64,000 bases of DNA from Tetramitus jugosus (lineage: Eukaryota > Protista > Heterolobosea), in the NCBI GenBank assembly GCA_937625935.1, contig OW569376.1:372001-436000 (forward strand). The letters run 5' to 3'. Made by a program: the position numbers and the translations under genes. How positions within the stretch are numbered: the stretch's first letter is position 1; the number at the start of each line of letters is the position of its first letter. The notes under the pieces were generated by a model that was given only the letters and a program-made list of their open reading frames with translations, made no database searches and was not told the DNA's origin. Shown piece by piece: positions 21,214 to 33,021 of the stretch.

Positions 21214-23938
21214 TTACACTGGATTTGGATTTTGAGAGAGAATGCCGGTCACCAAATTCTGAGATACGAGTGGGTTACTATAAAGAACGAGACTGGTAAT
21301 TTCAGGCTCGTGCGCCTGAAGGAGATCGACGATTGACGTGACTTGCTCCTCAACATTCTTATCATCGTCATTAATGGATGATGCTTGTTTGGCGATCTGA
21401 CTTATGATGTAAGCACACTTTGTTTGGAGCATGTGAGAGCTCGAAAGCTTTTGGTATTCAGAGATGTTTGTGACCATGGAAACAATCTCCACATCTCCAT
21501 AGTCGTCAAACGCTTCGTCTTGATCGAAATCTTCCTCGTCGTCTTCATCAGTCACAACCTTCTCGGAGCCATTGAGCTGTTCAACATGTCGATGTCTGTG
21601 AGGATGCGACAACATGTTATAAATGTTAGCATCCGCTGATTTCATGCGACTTTGCAGTCCACTCTTCCAAACCATGATTTGGATCAACCGTTGAATAAAG
21701 CAATTTGTGTTTGCCAACCGGACACGAGTCAATGCAGAACCGTAAGTAACCAATCTCATCATCATATTCAGGGCACACGACCTACACAAGAGCTCTGTTT
21801 CATTCAATGTTTCAAATTGTGTAAGATCCAATGCTTGTGGTTGAGGCAGAGTATATATTTCCTTGCGTACCTCTTGCTCCTCGACAATAGGGGCTCCATC
21901 TTGTCTATCTCCTGTTTGTTCTGTATCCAGGAGAAGATGAACTGTACCAGGTGTCGATTCTGATGCTTGGATAGTAGGAACTGTAGCGTCTGACATAGTT
22001 GACGTTGCATTGATGTTTGTGGTTGCATCTGTGTTCGTAGGAGAGATCTTTTCCTGAGCAGAATCAGCAGTTATGCTTTCAGCCACAGGACTTGGTGCAT
22101 TCGCATCATCAAGCGTTGTTCCATTTGCTTGAGTTGATTGCGCGACTTCAGTTTCACCATTTTCATTTTTATCATCGTCCAAGTCATTTGCTTCTTCGTT
22201 CTCATCTTCCTCATCGTCCTCCCCATCTTCTTTTTCATCTCTCTCGTCATCAGATTCATCTAACTCTTTCTCGTTGATGTGATGTATAGGGGTTGGAGTT
22301 TTTAGAGCATCAATAATTGACCACAACATATCCCTGTATTTGTCGCTGCATATCATTTGCTCAAACATTGCAATGTTGGTTGTTCGAAGCTCTTTTGTAC
22401 TGATCAACATGTCCAGGACTTCAACAGCATTAGCCTTCATCTGAATGAACTCATCATTATCTGGATGGCAAATGCATTGCTGAAGCCGATCGAATAATAA
22501 AGTCGTCGAATCATCATTCCCTAACCGTAAAAATCTGCCGCAGTTAACAAAAATGTCAATTGCCTTCATTCTCCAATCAATGTAGTACTGATCTGGATTT
22601 AAACACTCGAGCAACAAGTCCAACAATTTAACTCGCTGATCTTCATCAGGAACTTTTGCTGTTGCATACAGCAACACTCTTTGATTATATGGTACAAATG
22701 AACAATTGCGCAATATGTTCAGTGCAATCATGGCTCGCTCTTCCAATATTCTCTGTTCATGATTGAATTCATTAAACAAGTTTGCCAAAGAATCGTCTCT
22801 ACTATGCTCCTTTCTACTTCGTTTCATTGCAATAAATTGGTGCATGACTCGTATTAAAGTACTGAGAAGCATTCGAATCGAATCAATCCGAAATCCGTTT
22901 TGTCCATCCATTCTTGCAAAAGAATCCAACTGTGGCGTACCGCATGAAATTTGCGCAATTTTCATAAGAGCCCAATCCAAGTGTTTTGGTACCTGACAAT
23001 CCAACGAGCACTCCAACTGCTTCACCAATTCCAAACTCCTCGACTCAGAGGCAAGTCTCGCTCGCTTATTTGAATGTAAACCAGCAGCAGCGAATCCTCC
23101 GCCACTACCGCTCGCAGCACCAGAACCCATTTGACTCCATGATCTCTTTTCACTGTGCGATGACATCATTGATCCACCAGTACTCCTGCTCGATTGTTGA
23201 CCATGCGATTTATGACTGGACATCATGGGCGATGACAGGTCATAATTGGCTCCACCTCCATTGGATCCACTACCCATCATCACCATCATCATACTGTTCA
23301 TATTGGGATACATGGAAGAACTACTTGAACTACCACTCGAACTACCACCACTACTACTGCTTGCGTTCGCTGACATGGAGGAACGAGAACGAGTGCTCGA
23401 CCTCTTCACATTGTCCTTTTCTTCCTGTTGAATAATTCTTTCTTGTTCTTGTCTAATTTCCTCTGGAGTCATTGGATCAGGCTTTCTAAATAAAACAATT
23501 TGTTCATAGGGATAAATCCATCTAGAGTAGTGAAGCTTTAACGTGTGACTGGCACTTGTACATGTTTTTGGAACCTTGTATGCAGCTGTAATCTCCCTCC
23601 AAAGTTTTTTCTCAACAGACTATGGTTGTCAATGTAAAAATCTTGTGTGTCAAGAAGGAGAAAAATGCAAGCAACACAAAAATTTTTTGTTGAATGAGAA
23701 AAATGAACAAGATACTTACGGCGTCATAACCACCACGAACATAAACTTCTTTGAACAGTCTGTAGAGATCCAATGTTCGCTTTCCAAGCTGAGGAAGCTT
23801 TGATGGAATCGGAGTTCCTCTCTTCTCCATAAACTGGTAGAGTTCCTCAACAAATTTTTGTGATGCTGGATCTTGAGATGTCTCTGGATCTTCAAACTCA
23901 TCGTCGTCCATCAGATCGATTTGTGAATGCTTTGTCAT
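21214..23938 (-). CDS. ARID-domain protein with ARM-like helical C-terminus (ARID1/ARID2 SWI-SNF-subunit-like); exons 23938-23720 and 23619-21214
   Basis: FVEELYQFMEKRGTPI...LDLYRLFKEVYVRGGYDA | GTAAGT...CATAG intron (23719-23620) | SVEKKLWREITAAYKVPKTCTSASHTLKLHYSRWIYPYE forms a complete ARID and joins the 752-aa ORF in frame; LDWAL and ILRNCSF motifs follow. Confidence 0.88.
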
Positions 23939-23970
23939 TTTTGCGCTTGGGTCGAACGTTTTTTTGATTG

Positions 23971-24005
23971 TTTTTCGCGGGAGAAAAACTTTTACCCGCG
24001 AAAAA
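23971..24005. promoter_or_regulatory. Inverted pair of E2F-like TTTCGCGG sites upstream of the ARID gene
   Basis: TTTTTCGCGGG (23971-23981) and CCCGCGAAAAA (23995-24005) form a perfect 11-bp inverted repeat; the same core recurs in other intergenic regions. Confidence 0.45.
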
Positions 24006-25671
24006 AGAGCAGTGTATTCGGCTAAAGGAGCCATTCGCGCTCATGCCAACTGAAAAGAAAGAAACTCTCCAAACTAATAAATAGGAATTTGTTTATTGCT
24101 TTCCGCAACTGGTCATCATCGAAGTCGGATGCTTGAGAGTAAATCGTCTCACTCTTTGCTCTAGGGTCCTTAGTCTTTTTTCGATCTTTGAATTCTCTTC
24201 TGCGAGAAAAGATAAGCGATCTCTCAAAACACTTAGGTTTTGGAGTTGATCTCTCAATAGAGAATTGGTATACTTTCTTTCTTGATGGATTGCATGTTCC
24301 AGGGTCTTCATTCTTCAATTACTAGGATTCAAGTTTGGGTTGTTCTTTGGTACTTAGTTGTTTTCACAATTGTGACCTTAGGGGTGACCTTTTAAATGAA
24401 AGAGTTGACTCCGAATCCTTGTTGATAGCTTGAGAGGTTAGTTCTTGATTTGTGGTGAAACTGGACTTTCAAACGAAAGGGTTCAGAAAGTCATCACTTT
24501 GTGTCCGTCATGCTGAAATAACACAATCACTGGGAGTAATAGCTTTTTTTTCTTGGGTGTCAGACAGGAGCTAAGAACGGATATTGAGCTGCTGGTTCAC
24601 AATAGTTTGACATGAACGCATGCAATCATGATTCCAGTTGAGCCAGTCCACAGGAGGGAATTTGGGGACTGAGCGAACAATAATACCTGGCAGATTCGCA
24701 AAAGTAATGTTTGTTCATAGAGAGAACTAATTATGTTTTTCTCATGGAATCAAACCAGATAACTTTAGTTTTAATCCAGCATCGCTGGTAATGCTTAACC
24801 TATGTATAATTCTTCACTGTTGACAACATAAAATTGCCTTCTCGTTATTAAAAGGACATTCAACAATAAAACAAGAGACCAAACCTAACTCATTTGCCAC
24901 TGAAGTCAAACACCAAAAGAAAAACATAACATGTTGAACATAACAGTCACATAGAAGGAACGGAGAGTCTCCGTTGGTCAAACACCAACCACGCACCAAC
25001 AGACACAATGCATCTCGGAGAAACAACAACCTTCAACTAAAAAGTGATCGTCACGTGCCTGCACATCACTTGCCCAGAAGACCAACCCAACAGAGAAATC
25101 TCAAACCGACCATCGACACAGCGAATGCTTTAAGCTCTTCATCCTCCTCGTTGAGGTCTCAAACTGGATCATTACACATCATATAACGATCGGGGTCTTC
25201 GTTCATGCCCAAAAAGACACTTCACCATTGTTCTCCGCTCGGAGAAACACTAAAAATATTTTATTTGGTCAACTCTTCCACTTACAAAACTTGCGATTCA
25301 ACGAACCGGGGCATGAAAAAGCCGATATTTTTGGCCACTCACCCTCAACCAACCGAACAAAAATAAACTCTGCACAACAGGCGACCACACTGGAGCAGCC
25401 AGACCATAACGGACGACAAACAGAAAAAATAACCCAAGTTAACTTCCATCACACGGTCGAACAAACCTCCAATCCAACCAATCCAACCAATCCTTCCACA
25501 CAAAAAGTCGATTCAACACAACAATACTTGTACATAGCTCTCATACAAAAAACAATAAGCTAATACTACTATAAACTCCATCTTCACAGCAACAACAACA
25601 ACCCGGAAAGTAGTCATCATACATTCAACTAAAAACAACAACAACAACCATCCTTTCAATCATCAACAACA

Positions 25672-27141
25672 ATGGGTAGAAAAAAGATTACAATAAAGCC
25701 AATTACTGACGAGAGAAACCGTCATGTTACCTTCAATAAGCGTAAGAGTGGTCTGATCAAGAAGGCCATGGAACTGTCCATTTTGTGTAATTGCCAAATT
25801 TCATTGGTGATATTCAATGCGGAGAATCAGCTGTTTGAATACTGTAGCACGGATCCTCGATATATTTTGCAACGATATTGTCAAGTCGCTCACTTGCCTC
25901 ATGAGAGATTGACCAATGCAGATTATGCTAGATTCGATAAGACACAAAAGGGCAAGAACAAGTCCACTGGTGCTTCATCATCCTCTACCATGTCTACATC
26001 GGCTTCTGCCTCTTCAACCAATGGCTCTCCAACATCTGGTGCCTCCAAATCAAAGAAGAAGAAGACTTCGAACGCATCTGGCACTGCTGCCTCTGCCGCT
26101 GCTGCTTCTTCCTCCTCTGGAGCCAACAACAATAACAATTTGTTGCCCAATGGTGCTCCTATCATGACTGGCCTCGCATCTACTGTTGCTACTGCTGGAG
26201 CCATTGTGCCAAAATTGGAAAAGGATGATTTGCAGGGAAGCAATCAAGGACTCACTCAACAGTTGCCACCAGGTCACATGAACATTCCATCCCTGAACAA
26301 CTTGTCTGGTCATTCTCAACATGACAATATGCTCTCTCTTCCAAACACCTTCCCACCTATGGATACTCCAAAGGGACTGTTCCCATCCGATATGCCATTC
26401 ACTCCATTGACTCCAGGCACCAGTGCCATCATTGACAACATTATGAGCTCTGCTAGACACTCTGGTCATGCTCAGAACCAACAAACCAATCTTTCTCAAC
26501 AACCATCAATGATGGGTGGTATGATGGCACCAAATAATGGTGGCGGTAACAATGCTCAAATGTTTGGTGGCCCATCACAATCCGGTTTTCCTCAACAGTC
26601 ATTCAATGGTGGTCCAATGAACCCCATGATGCAAAGCTTCCAATCTCTTCCACCAATGAATGATTTACAGACATCTGCAGCTGTTCAGGCCTATCAGAAC
26701 AGTGGTAAGAGAAGGTCAATCGATGCAGGTCTCAACAGAGATGAGGACTCCCCATCTTCCAAGAAGAGAAAGGCTGGTCCTGTTCTCGGTTTGTCCATCA
26801 GAGTGCCAGACGGCGGCCAGATTCCAATGAGAAGGGTTGAAGACGATTCTCAACAACCAGCCAGTTCACAAATGATTACAGATGAAGATGAAACCCAAAT
26901 CAACACGAATGAACTACAAGTGCCTCATCACATTCAAGGAACCATGTCTGACAACAACAAGAATGATGATAAGCCTGTGGCAGGAAACAGCTCAGAGATG
27001 ACGCCGATGGGCGCTCTCTTCTCCCCTACTCCTAATGACAACTCGACGACTCCACTCCAGTTGGCTACTCCTACTTCTTTCAGCACCATTGATTGGCCAT
27101 CGCCAACGAGTGCTCTCAAGAAGGACATCATCTCGAGTTAG
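25672..27141 (+). CDS. MEF2: MADS-box transcription factor, MEF2-like (type II)
   Basis: [48 protein letters not shown] followed by a MEF2-like segment (ILQRY...HERLTNAD). Confidence 0.93.
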   Translation: MGRKKITIKPITDERNRHVTFNKRKSGLIKKAMELSILCNCQISLVIFNAENQLFEYCSTDPRYILQRYCQVAHLPHERLTNADYARFDKTQKGKNKSTGASSSSTMSTSASASSTNGSPTSGASKSKKKKTSNASGTAASAAAASSSSGANNNNNLLPNGAPIMTGLASTVATAGAIVPKLEKDDLQGSNQGLTQQLPPGHMNIPSLNNLSGHSQHDNMLSLPNTFPPMDTPKGLFPSDMPFTPLTPGTSAIIDNIMSSARHSGHAQNQQTNLSQQPSMMGGMMAPNNGGGNNAQMFGGPSQSGFPQQSFNGGPMNPMMQSFQSLPPMNDLQTSAAVQAYQNSGKRRSIDAGLNRDEDSPSSKKRKAGPVLGLSIRVPDGGQIPMRRVEDDSQQPASSQMITDEDETQINTNELQVPHHIQGTMSDNNKNDDKPVAGNSSEMTPMGALFSPTPNDNSTTPLQLATPTSFSTIDWPSPTSALKKDIISS

Positions 27142-27199
27142 GTCAATGCCCTAGCACATTTGCTGTCAACACTTCCGCTCTCATCCCATCCTCTAACCA

Positions 27200-27540
27200 A
27201 CAGGAACATCACTGCGACACGTCATGAGTTGCTCAGTTCTTGTTCTGTTGGTGCCATTACGTACACTCTCTGAGAATATTGTCTTGCACAATTCATTCCA
27301 CCGAGATTGAATACACATTCTTGAAGATTCCCAGCGGTCTGTGTGCCTTGAAGTCTCTCCGGCACAATCCACCAATTTTCATTGACCGGATGACGATCTC
27401 CAGAACCCACTCCACGAACAGGGCCACAGAATAGATCCGCTGGTGGTAATCTTTGTGCTTGTCAATCTCATCACAAAGATTAGAGCTGGAAGCGTGTAGT
27501 GACTCCTTTTGAGTGCTTGCTGCTTTCAAATGAACCAAAC
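27200..27540 (-). pseudogene. Possible eroded PH-domain gene relic
   Basis: Frames give MKIGG..., DFKAHRPLGIFKNVYSI and QRVYVMAPTEQEL, paralleling the PH domain of the Akt-like gene in this window (YFKAQSNKRPTGVI...RVYELTAETEEE); broken by frameshifts and stops. Confidence 0.4.
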
Positions 27541-27680
27541 CATGTACAAACAGAAACGTTATTAAAAATATTAAAACTTTTTATAAAAAAACTGGTTGTG
27601 TTCTGATTCATCAGTGTGATTTGAATATCTGAGCGTAGCCAACAAGAATACAAGAACCTGCTTTGTTGGACTTATCACAC

Positions 27681-27690
27681 GTCACGTGAC
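27681..27690. promoter_or_regulatory. Palindromic extended E-box GTCACGTGAC (CLEAR-like) ~70 nt upstream of the LD-carboxypeptidase ATG
   Basis: Perfect 10-bp palindrome seen in sequence; function inferred. Confidence 0.45.
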
Positions 27691-27760
27691 CAAAAAATCT
27701 CCGAGAGCAACAAACAGAAAACAAATTCCAGCAAACTTCATCACCCAGAGATAAGATACG

Positions 27761-29026
27761 ATGCAACACCCATTGCTCACAGAAGATATGGGTGATGATC
27801 CATCTGTGAACACAGAGTACAACATTAACAATGGGAACGGTGGTGAACATCCTCTGTATGGGAAGCACAAGCCAACATCATCTTCCTTTTCAACTGTTCT
27901 CTATGTCGTTTCACTTGTAGTCATTGCACTGTTGCTTGTGATTCTCACGGTTCTTGCTGTGAAATATTATCAACTTTCCCGCCATAATGATGTTATTCCG
28001 AAGCCCGTTACCAAGTTTACGCTTCTCAAGCCAAAAAAATTGGGCGGCAAGAATGGCGCCGCCATTACCAACTTGAAAATAGGATTCTTTTCTCCGGCTT
28101 CCTCTCTCGTCGATAGTGTGAGCAACATTACAGCTTACAAGGAACGAGTGGTCTCTGAGTTTCAAGCTCAATTCGGCGCACAAGTCTTCTTTTCGGCCAA
28201 CTCGTTTGACAAGAATGGAATTTTGTCTGGAACGGATGAACAGCGCGTTCAAGACATTCATAGCTTATCTAGTGACTCTTCTGTGCATGCACTGATTGCA
28301 AATAGAGGTGGTTGGGGCTGTAATCGAATCATTGATCAGCTCGATTATGATATAATAGTCAACTCCAATCATCACAAGGTCATCATGGGCTATAGTGACT
28401 TGACTGGTTGTTTGAATGCCATTTTTTTTAGAACTGGCTTAATTACGTTCCATGGCCCCATGGGCGTCAATTCATTTGTCAATACGTGGAACTCGGATGT
28501 CACTTACAATTTGAACACAATGTACATGCAGAAACTGTTGTTCAAGAATGAGAAAGTATTGTTTGAGAATCCTCCTAATGGTGCCACAGTAACTGTACTC
28601 AGAGGAGGAAAGGCCACTGGTCGTCTCGTTGGTGGAAACTTGTCAGTGTTTGCTGGCATGATTGGATCTAATCATTTGCCACCAAAATCAAAGATTAATC
28701 TAGCTTGGGAACAAGTCATCTTGTTCTTTGAGGATATTAATGAGGATGTGATGAGAATGGATCGATTTATGACACAGTTGGAAACGAGTGGTATTCTGAG
28801 TCGTGTCGCTGGATTTATCTTTGGTACATGCAATGATTGTAAGAGTTATGCAGGAACTCAAACATTACAACAAGTGATCAAGGACCATGTAAAGAATCAA
28901 CCTGCAGTCATGGGATTACAAATTGGTCATGATGGTCAACAATTTACGCTTCCTATTGGAGCTCAGGTGGAACTCAACGCAGACCTAGGTACCATTCAAA
29001 TGTTGGAAACTGCACTAGCGGATTGA
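27761..29026 (+). CDS. LD-carboxypeptidase / MccF-like peptidase family S66 with N-terminal membrane anchor
   Basis: FFSPAS, GTDEQR, RGGWG, GYSDLT (Ser), TFHGP, GGNL, FFEDINE (Glu), IGH (His); one TM helix VLYVVSLVVIALLLVILTVLAV near the N-terminus. Confidence 0.92.
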   Translation: MQHPLLTEDMGDDPSVNTEYNINNGNGGEHPLYGKHKPTSSSFSTVLYVVSLVVIALLLVILTVLAVKYYQLSRHNDVIPKPVTKFTLLKPKKLGGKNGAAITNLKIGFFSPASSLVDSVSNITAYKERVVSEFQAQFGAQVFFSANSFDKNGILSGTDEQRVQDIHSLSSDSSVHALIANRGGWGCNRIIDQLDYDIIVNSNHHKVIMGYSDLTGCLNAIFFRTGLITFHGPMGVNSFVNTWNSDVTYNLNTMYMQKLLFKNEKVLFENPPNGATVTVLRGGKATGRLVGGNLSVFAGMIGSNHLPPKSKINLAWEQVILFFEDINEDVMRMDRFMTQLETSGILSRVAGFIFGTCNDCKSYAGTQTLQQVIKDHVKNQPAVMGLQIGHDGQQFTLPIGAQVELNADLGTIQMLETALAD

Positions 29027-29454
29027 ATTTGTAATACAACAGAATACACAATTTTGCACACGCATAAACAGATAAGAAAGGACTGCACACCGTGTAAGAA
29101 AGAAGACGCGGTCAGAGAGAACGCACAAATTCAAGATACTCAGCCAGTACAAGAAGTTAGTACACTGAAAAGTGCATCTTAATCCTTTAAAAAAAACACG
29201 AATTCCCTCCACATTTATCATTCAACGTACGCGAACAATGCACATTGCTCGTGATCACACATATATAAAGATTTTTCTCGCCACATCTTCCTCTCTCAAA
29301 AAGAACAAGACACAGCTCTTTCCATCAATAGGTCTACCTCTCGCAATATCAACATTCGCATTCGCATCACAATTTTTGGGCAAAAAAGGTATTACAGTGC
29401 AGGGACTGAAAGCAGCAACTCATGTTGTTGTTGTTTGTACATGCATTTTCCAAT

Positions 29455-30182
29455 TTACTCTTCTTCTTCTTCGGCAACAGCCTTCTTTGGTGCGAATTCC
29501 TCGTACAAGGATGGATCTTGATAGTACTTGACATCTTGTTGGAATCTTGGTGCAATTTCTGGTGCAGCTTCAGCGAGAGCCTTAAATCTGGCATCATACC
29601 ACTTTCTGTGCTTGTTCAAGCAAGTTGTGAATTTGTAAAAATGTCTGTTGCATTGAGATCTTTGAGCCATAGTCTTGTTGGTTTGTCCCAAGTCTGTTTT
29701 TAAGAGTTCATACAGTATAACAAAACAAGCAAAGAAAACGAGTCAGAAGAGCACGCTCTCAACAAAAAGCTTTTTTTTCTGTAGACGAAAAAAACGGCGC
29801 CAAATTCAACAACAAAAAAAAACATACCTGGTGTAGCACAAGCATCAAGAGCCATGTTGTAAATGTGAGCGTTACATGGTGCATGCTTGCCCAACAAAAC
29901 CAATGATCTAAACTTTCTCTCCTTTTGCAATGCATCAAGATCAGAGTCTTGAATCTTGCTCAAATGTTCCTTGTCAGAATCAGTTGGGAGGTAGTCCTTG
30001 GAGTCCAAAGGCTTTGCCCAAATGTCCAACACTTCCTCATCGGAGTAGTAGTGGTTGTACTTTTGGTGAGCTGCGTTTGGAACGTTGGTAGCATCATCAG
30101 GGATGTCAACATCCTTGAGCTTTGGTGATTTGTAGAATTGTGGCTCAACGTGGTAGTCGTTTCTTGGTTTCCATTCAGACAT
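29455..30182 (-). CDS. Small protein with a twin Cx11C/Cx9C (CHCH-like) motif; exons 30182-29828 and 29693-29455
   Basis: GTATGT...AAACAG intron (29827-29694) joins ...CNAHIYNMALDACATP-D-LGQTNKTMAQRSQCNRHFYKFTTCLNKH... in frame; biased codon usage. Confidence 0.75.
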
Positions 30183-30537
30183 GATTAATTCTCCAATTGA
30201 TTTTTTTTGTGTGTTTGCTGGCAGAGGTGACGATTTGTTTGTGTGGAGCGTGTGCGCAATCAATCTTGCTTTTTTTCCAGCGTCGGGAAACTCTCAATAC
30301 CGACACTGCAAACGCAAGCTGGGGACAACACAAAGCCCAAAATTGATGCTAGAGTCGGGTGTTCGGTTAATTTGTATTTCCGACAAATGCAGTCAACTGC
30401 GTGTTACAATGAAATCGCCCGACCCAAGCGAAAACTGACGGAGGGATTTCCCTACAAGACTCGTTGTTGTAATCTCCATCACCATCTCAAAACACCTTTT
30501 GAGAAAAATTGAAAAAGTAGAAATATCACTAAAATTC

Positions 30538-31610
30538 ATGAATTTGAAGGCCTACTTTCTCGTCCCTTTTCTCTTGTTTTGTTGTTACAAGTGAACGCTG
30601 TACCTTATCTTTGTCCAAGAGGGCTGTTTATAGAGGAGAAACCATCAACGTTACAGTTTCTGGGGACAGTTCCACCTCTGCTCAGCTCAAGATTATCGCC
30701 AAGTATCAGTAGGATCTGATGTAGTAGTCGTTCAATGACAGTGGATCCTCGAAGTGAATTCTCATTGTCATTAGAATGCCAAGCGTGTACTACATCGTGT
30801 GAGTACTGCTTATGTTTTAATGCGGGTACATTCAGCTGCGGTGATGAGTTAAGAAAGTTCTGTTTGATGAGTAAAATCCTCGATCCCGCAGAGGGAAGCA
30901 CTGTTGGATCAAATACTTCTATTATTACAATGGATTATGATGTCTCAGGGGTGAGTAGATATGATATTGGAGAAAGTTGGACGATAATGAATCCTTCTCT
31001 TTCCTCATCAGATCGAAAGATGGTTTTGAGCGGTGGTTCTAAACCCATAAACTCTATGCGCAGCAAGATCCTTCTTTGGGCAGACACAGATTGCTTGTCT
31101 GTGCTGGCTAGTTCAGGTACATTATGATTTCCTTCTGCCGGTTCTTCAAGTTGCCCTCCACCACAAACTCCATCCATCACTGCCCCATCAGCTGGAGCAA
31201 AGTTCACTGTTGGTCAGCAGAATAGAAGTTCTTGGTCTGGATTGACTGAATATCCTGTTGTTTATGTGAACATCTTTGGAGGAGGAGGATTGGCAATTAG
31301 CGAACCCCTATTCTCTGTGAACATTCCAGACACAACAACATTCTATGATTGGACTCCCCCTGCTGACGAGTATGTCAACTCTGGAACTTACATTCTATTC
31401 TTTCGCAGCAGTTCCAACTGGAATGGAGAGTGTTCATTGGGTGATCAAGTTATGAGGAGTGATACCTTCTCTATTGCAGTACCTCCTTCTGCGTCGCAAG
31501 TTGTTCAACCATCCGAATCTAGTCTGGGAAGCAACCCTACTCAAGTTATGATCGTAAGTCTGGCTGATTGGCCTCATACTGGTTTAGCCTTTTTTCCAGG
31601 CATGCACTAG
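30538..31610 (+). pseudogene. Disrupted secreted multi-domain (Ig-like/Cys-rich) surface-protein gene
   Basis: Signal peptide MNLKAYFLVPFLLFLLLQVNA at 30538, then frameshifts. 30735-31610 is one frame broken only by TGA at 31125-31127 and contains ITAPSAGAKFTVGQQNRSSW...YDWTPP...GTYIL (Ig-like repeat of Ser/Thr-rich GPI-type proteins). Confidence 0.55.
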
Positions 31611-31882
31611 AAGTAAGAACACGGTTACTTATCAAAAATAAAACTTTCATGAGAAGACCTTGAGAACATCCTTGTTGTCCATATATGTCCTTGAAAGCTC
31701 GTGTTTCCTAATCACATTGATGGCTGATTCTCATTCACATTGAACATTGTCCAGTTTCATTGAACTATCGTTGGGTTGAAGGACAGTTTACAAAGGATAC
31801 GGATGGACGTTGATTCGCATCACTGGGAATCGCCAACTCGGATTGACAGTAACATAACCAAAACAATACTAATCCCAAGAGA

Positions 31883-32794
31883 ATGATGTCCCAAGTATTG
31901 TTATTTGTCTGTTGTTTGCTATTCCTTCTTCATTGTCTCCATGGTTTGACTGAAACTACTTCTCTGATGACAATGCCAGATCTGACAAATACTACTGAAC
32001 CAAGGTCTGTAAAATCATGCAGTTGTGTGGCTTGCATGTGCCCAGGAAGTACTTCTGACTGTCCCATTACCATTTCAGACTACGCGTCAACTTCACAACG
32101 CTGTGGTGAGGGATCTAGGGTGAGAATAGACACCTTAGGATCTGAATCAACAGATGGGAGTGCCTATCGAGTATTCACAGTAGATCAGGAGAATTTCAAT
32201 TTGTTCCAGAGAGGTCAAAGCTTTAGTTACTTCACTTCTCTATCTACTCCTTCAAGTGTTTCTTGCTTTATTGCTTCGTCGTTTATTGTTGTAGATCCAG
32301 CCTCTGTTTATGTCATTTTTCAGTGCATGAATTCAATTTACAATTGTCCAGTGAAGTATGATCTTTCAGGATCATGTGTCGCAGGAAAGGCCACAACTGC
32401 CGAGGTTCTAACTTCTTCTGCTTCCGTACAGAAGAATCAATTGTTTTCTGTCAGTGTGGTACTAAAGGACTCAAGCGGTAGAGAAGATATTTATTCTGAG
32501 GGAGTTGTGACTCTGAGCAAGAAAATTGGCCCTGGCTCTCTATTCGGAAGTACCACCGCAACAGTTAATAGTGGAGTAGCACAATTCTCTGGAATGTCCT
32601 TCGACATGGAAGGTACCTATTCATTGGTGGCTACATTTGGTTCCCAAGTTTCAGGCGACAGCTCAGCCATCAATGTCCAAAAGAAACCCGTGCCACCGCC
32701 ATCACCACCATTTCCACCAGTGGTGAACACAGGTATCATCTTTGCTCCGGCAATCTGGGTCATGCTCTTGTGTTTCATTCTCCATTTCTTGTGA
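31883..32794 (+). CDS. Secreted/cell-surface Cys-rich protein with a beta-sandwich (bacterial-Ig-like) domain, Pro-rich linker and hydrophobic C-terminus (GPI signal or TM)
   Basis: Signal peptide; SCSCVACMCP; GVAQFSGMSFDMEGTYSLVA; PVPPPSPPFPP then IIFAPAIWVMLLCFILHFL-stop. Confidence 0.75.
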   Translation: MMSQVLLFVCCLLFLLHCLHGLTETTSLMTMPDLTNTTEPRSVKSCSCVACMCPGSTSDCPITISDYASTSQRCGEGSRVRIDTLGSESTDGSAYRVFTVDQENFNLFQRGQSFSYFTSLSTPSSVSCFIASSFIVVDPASVYVIFQCMNSIYNCPVKYDLSGSCVAGKATTAEVLTSSASVQKNQLFSVSVVLKDSSGREDIYSEGVVTLSKKIGPGSLFGSTTATVNSGVAQFSGMSFDMEGTYSLVATFGSQVSGDSSAINVQKKPVPPPSPPFPPVVNTGIIFAPAIWVMLLCFILHFL

Positions 32795-33021
32795 GCACAT
32801 TCTCTCCACTATTCACAGAATAAATGACCATGTAGCCAAGTAGCACCATCAATTTACCAATGCCCCACTTCTGAGATTCAACATTTTGCATGAACTCTTT
32901 TCTCCGAATCCTTCCAATTTTTCACACCAACTCACACAGCGCTCTTTGAACTCGCATGTTTTTTGGCACCACCAAAGTCAAAAAAAAAAACAACACATAA
33001 AGCACAAAGAAGAAACTTGCA

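Noticed and set aside
31125-31127. In-frame TGA as evidence for an alternative code or selenocysteine
   Set aside because: Conserved genes have no internal stops and use TGG for Trp; the same locus also has frameshifts; no convincing SECIS was seen.
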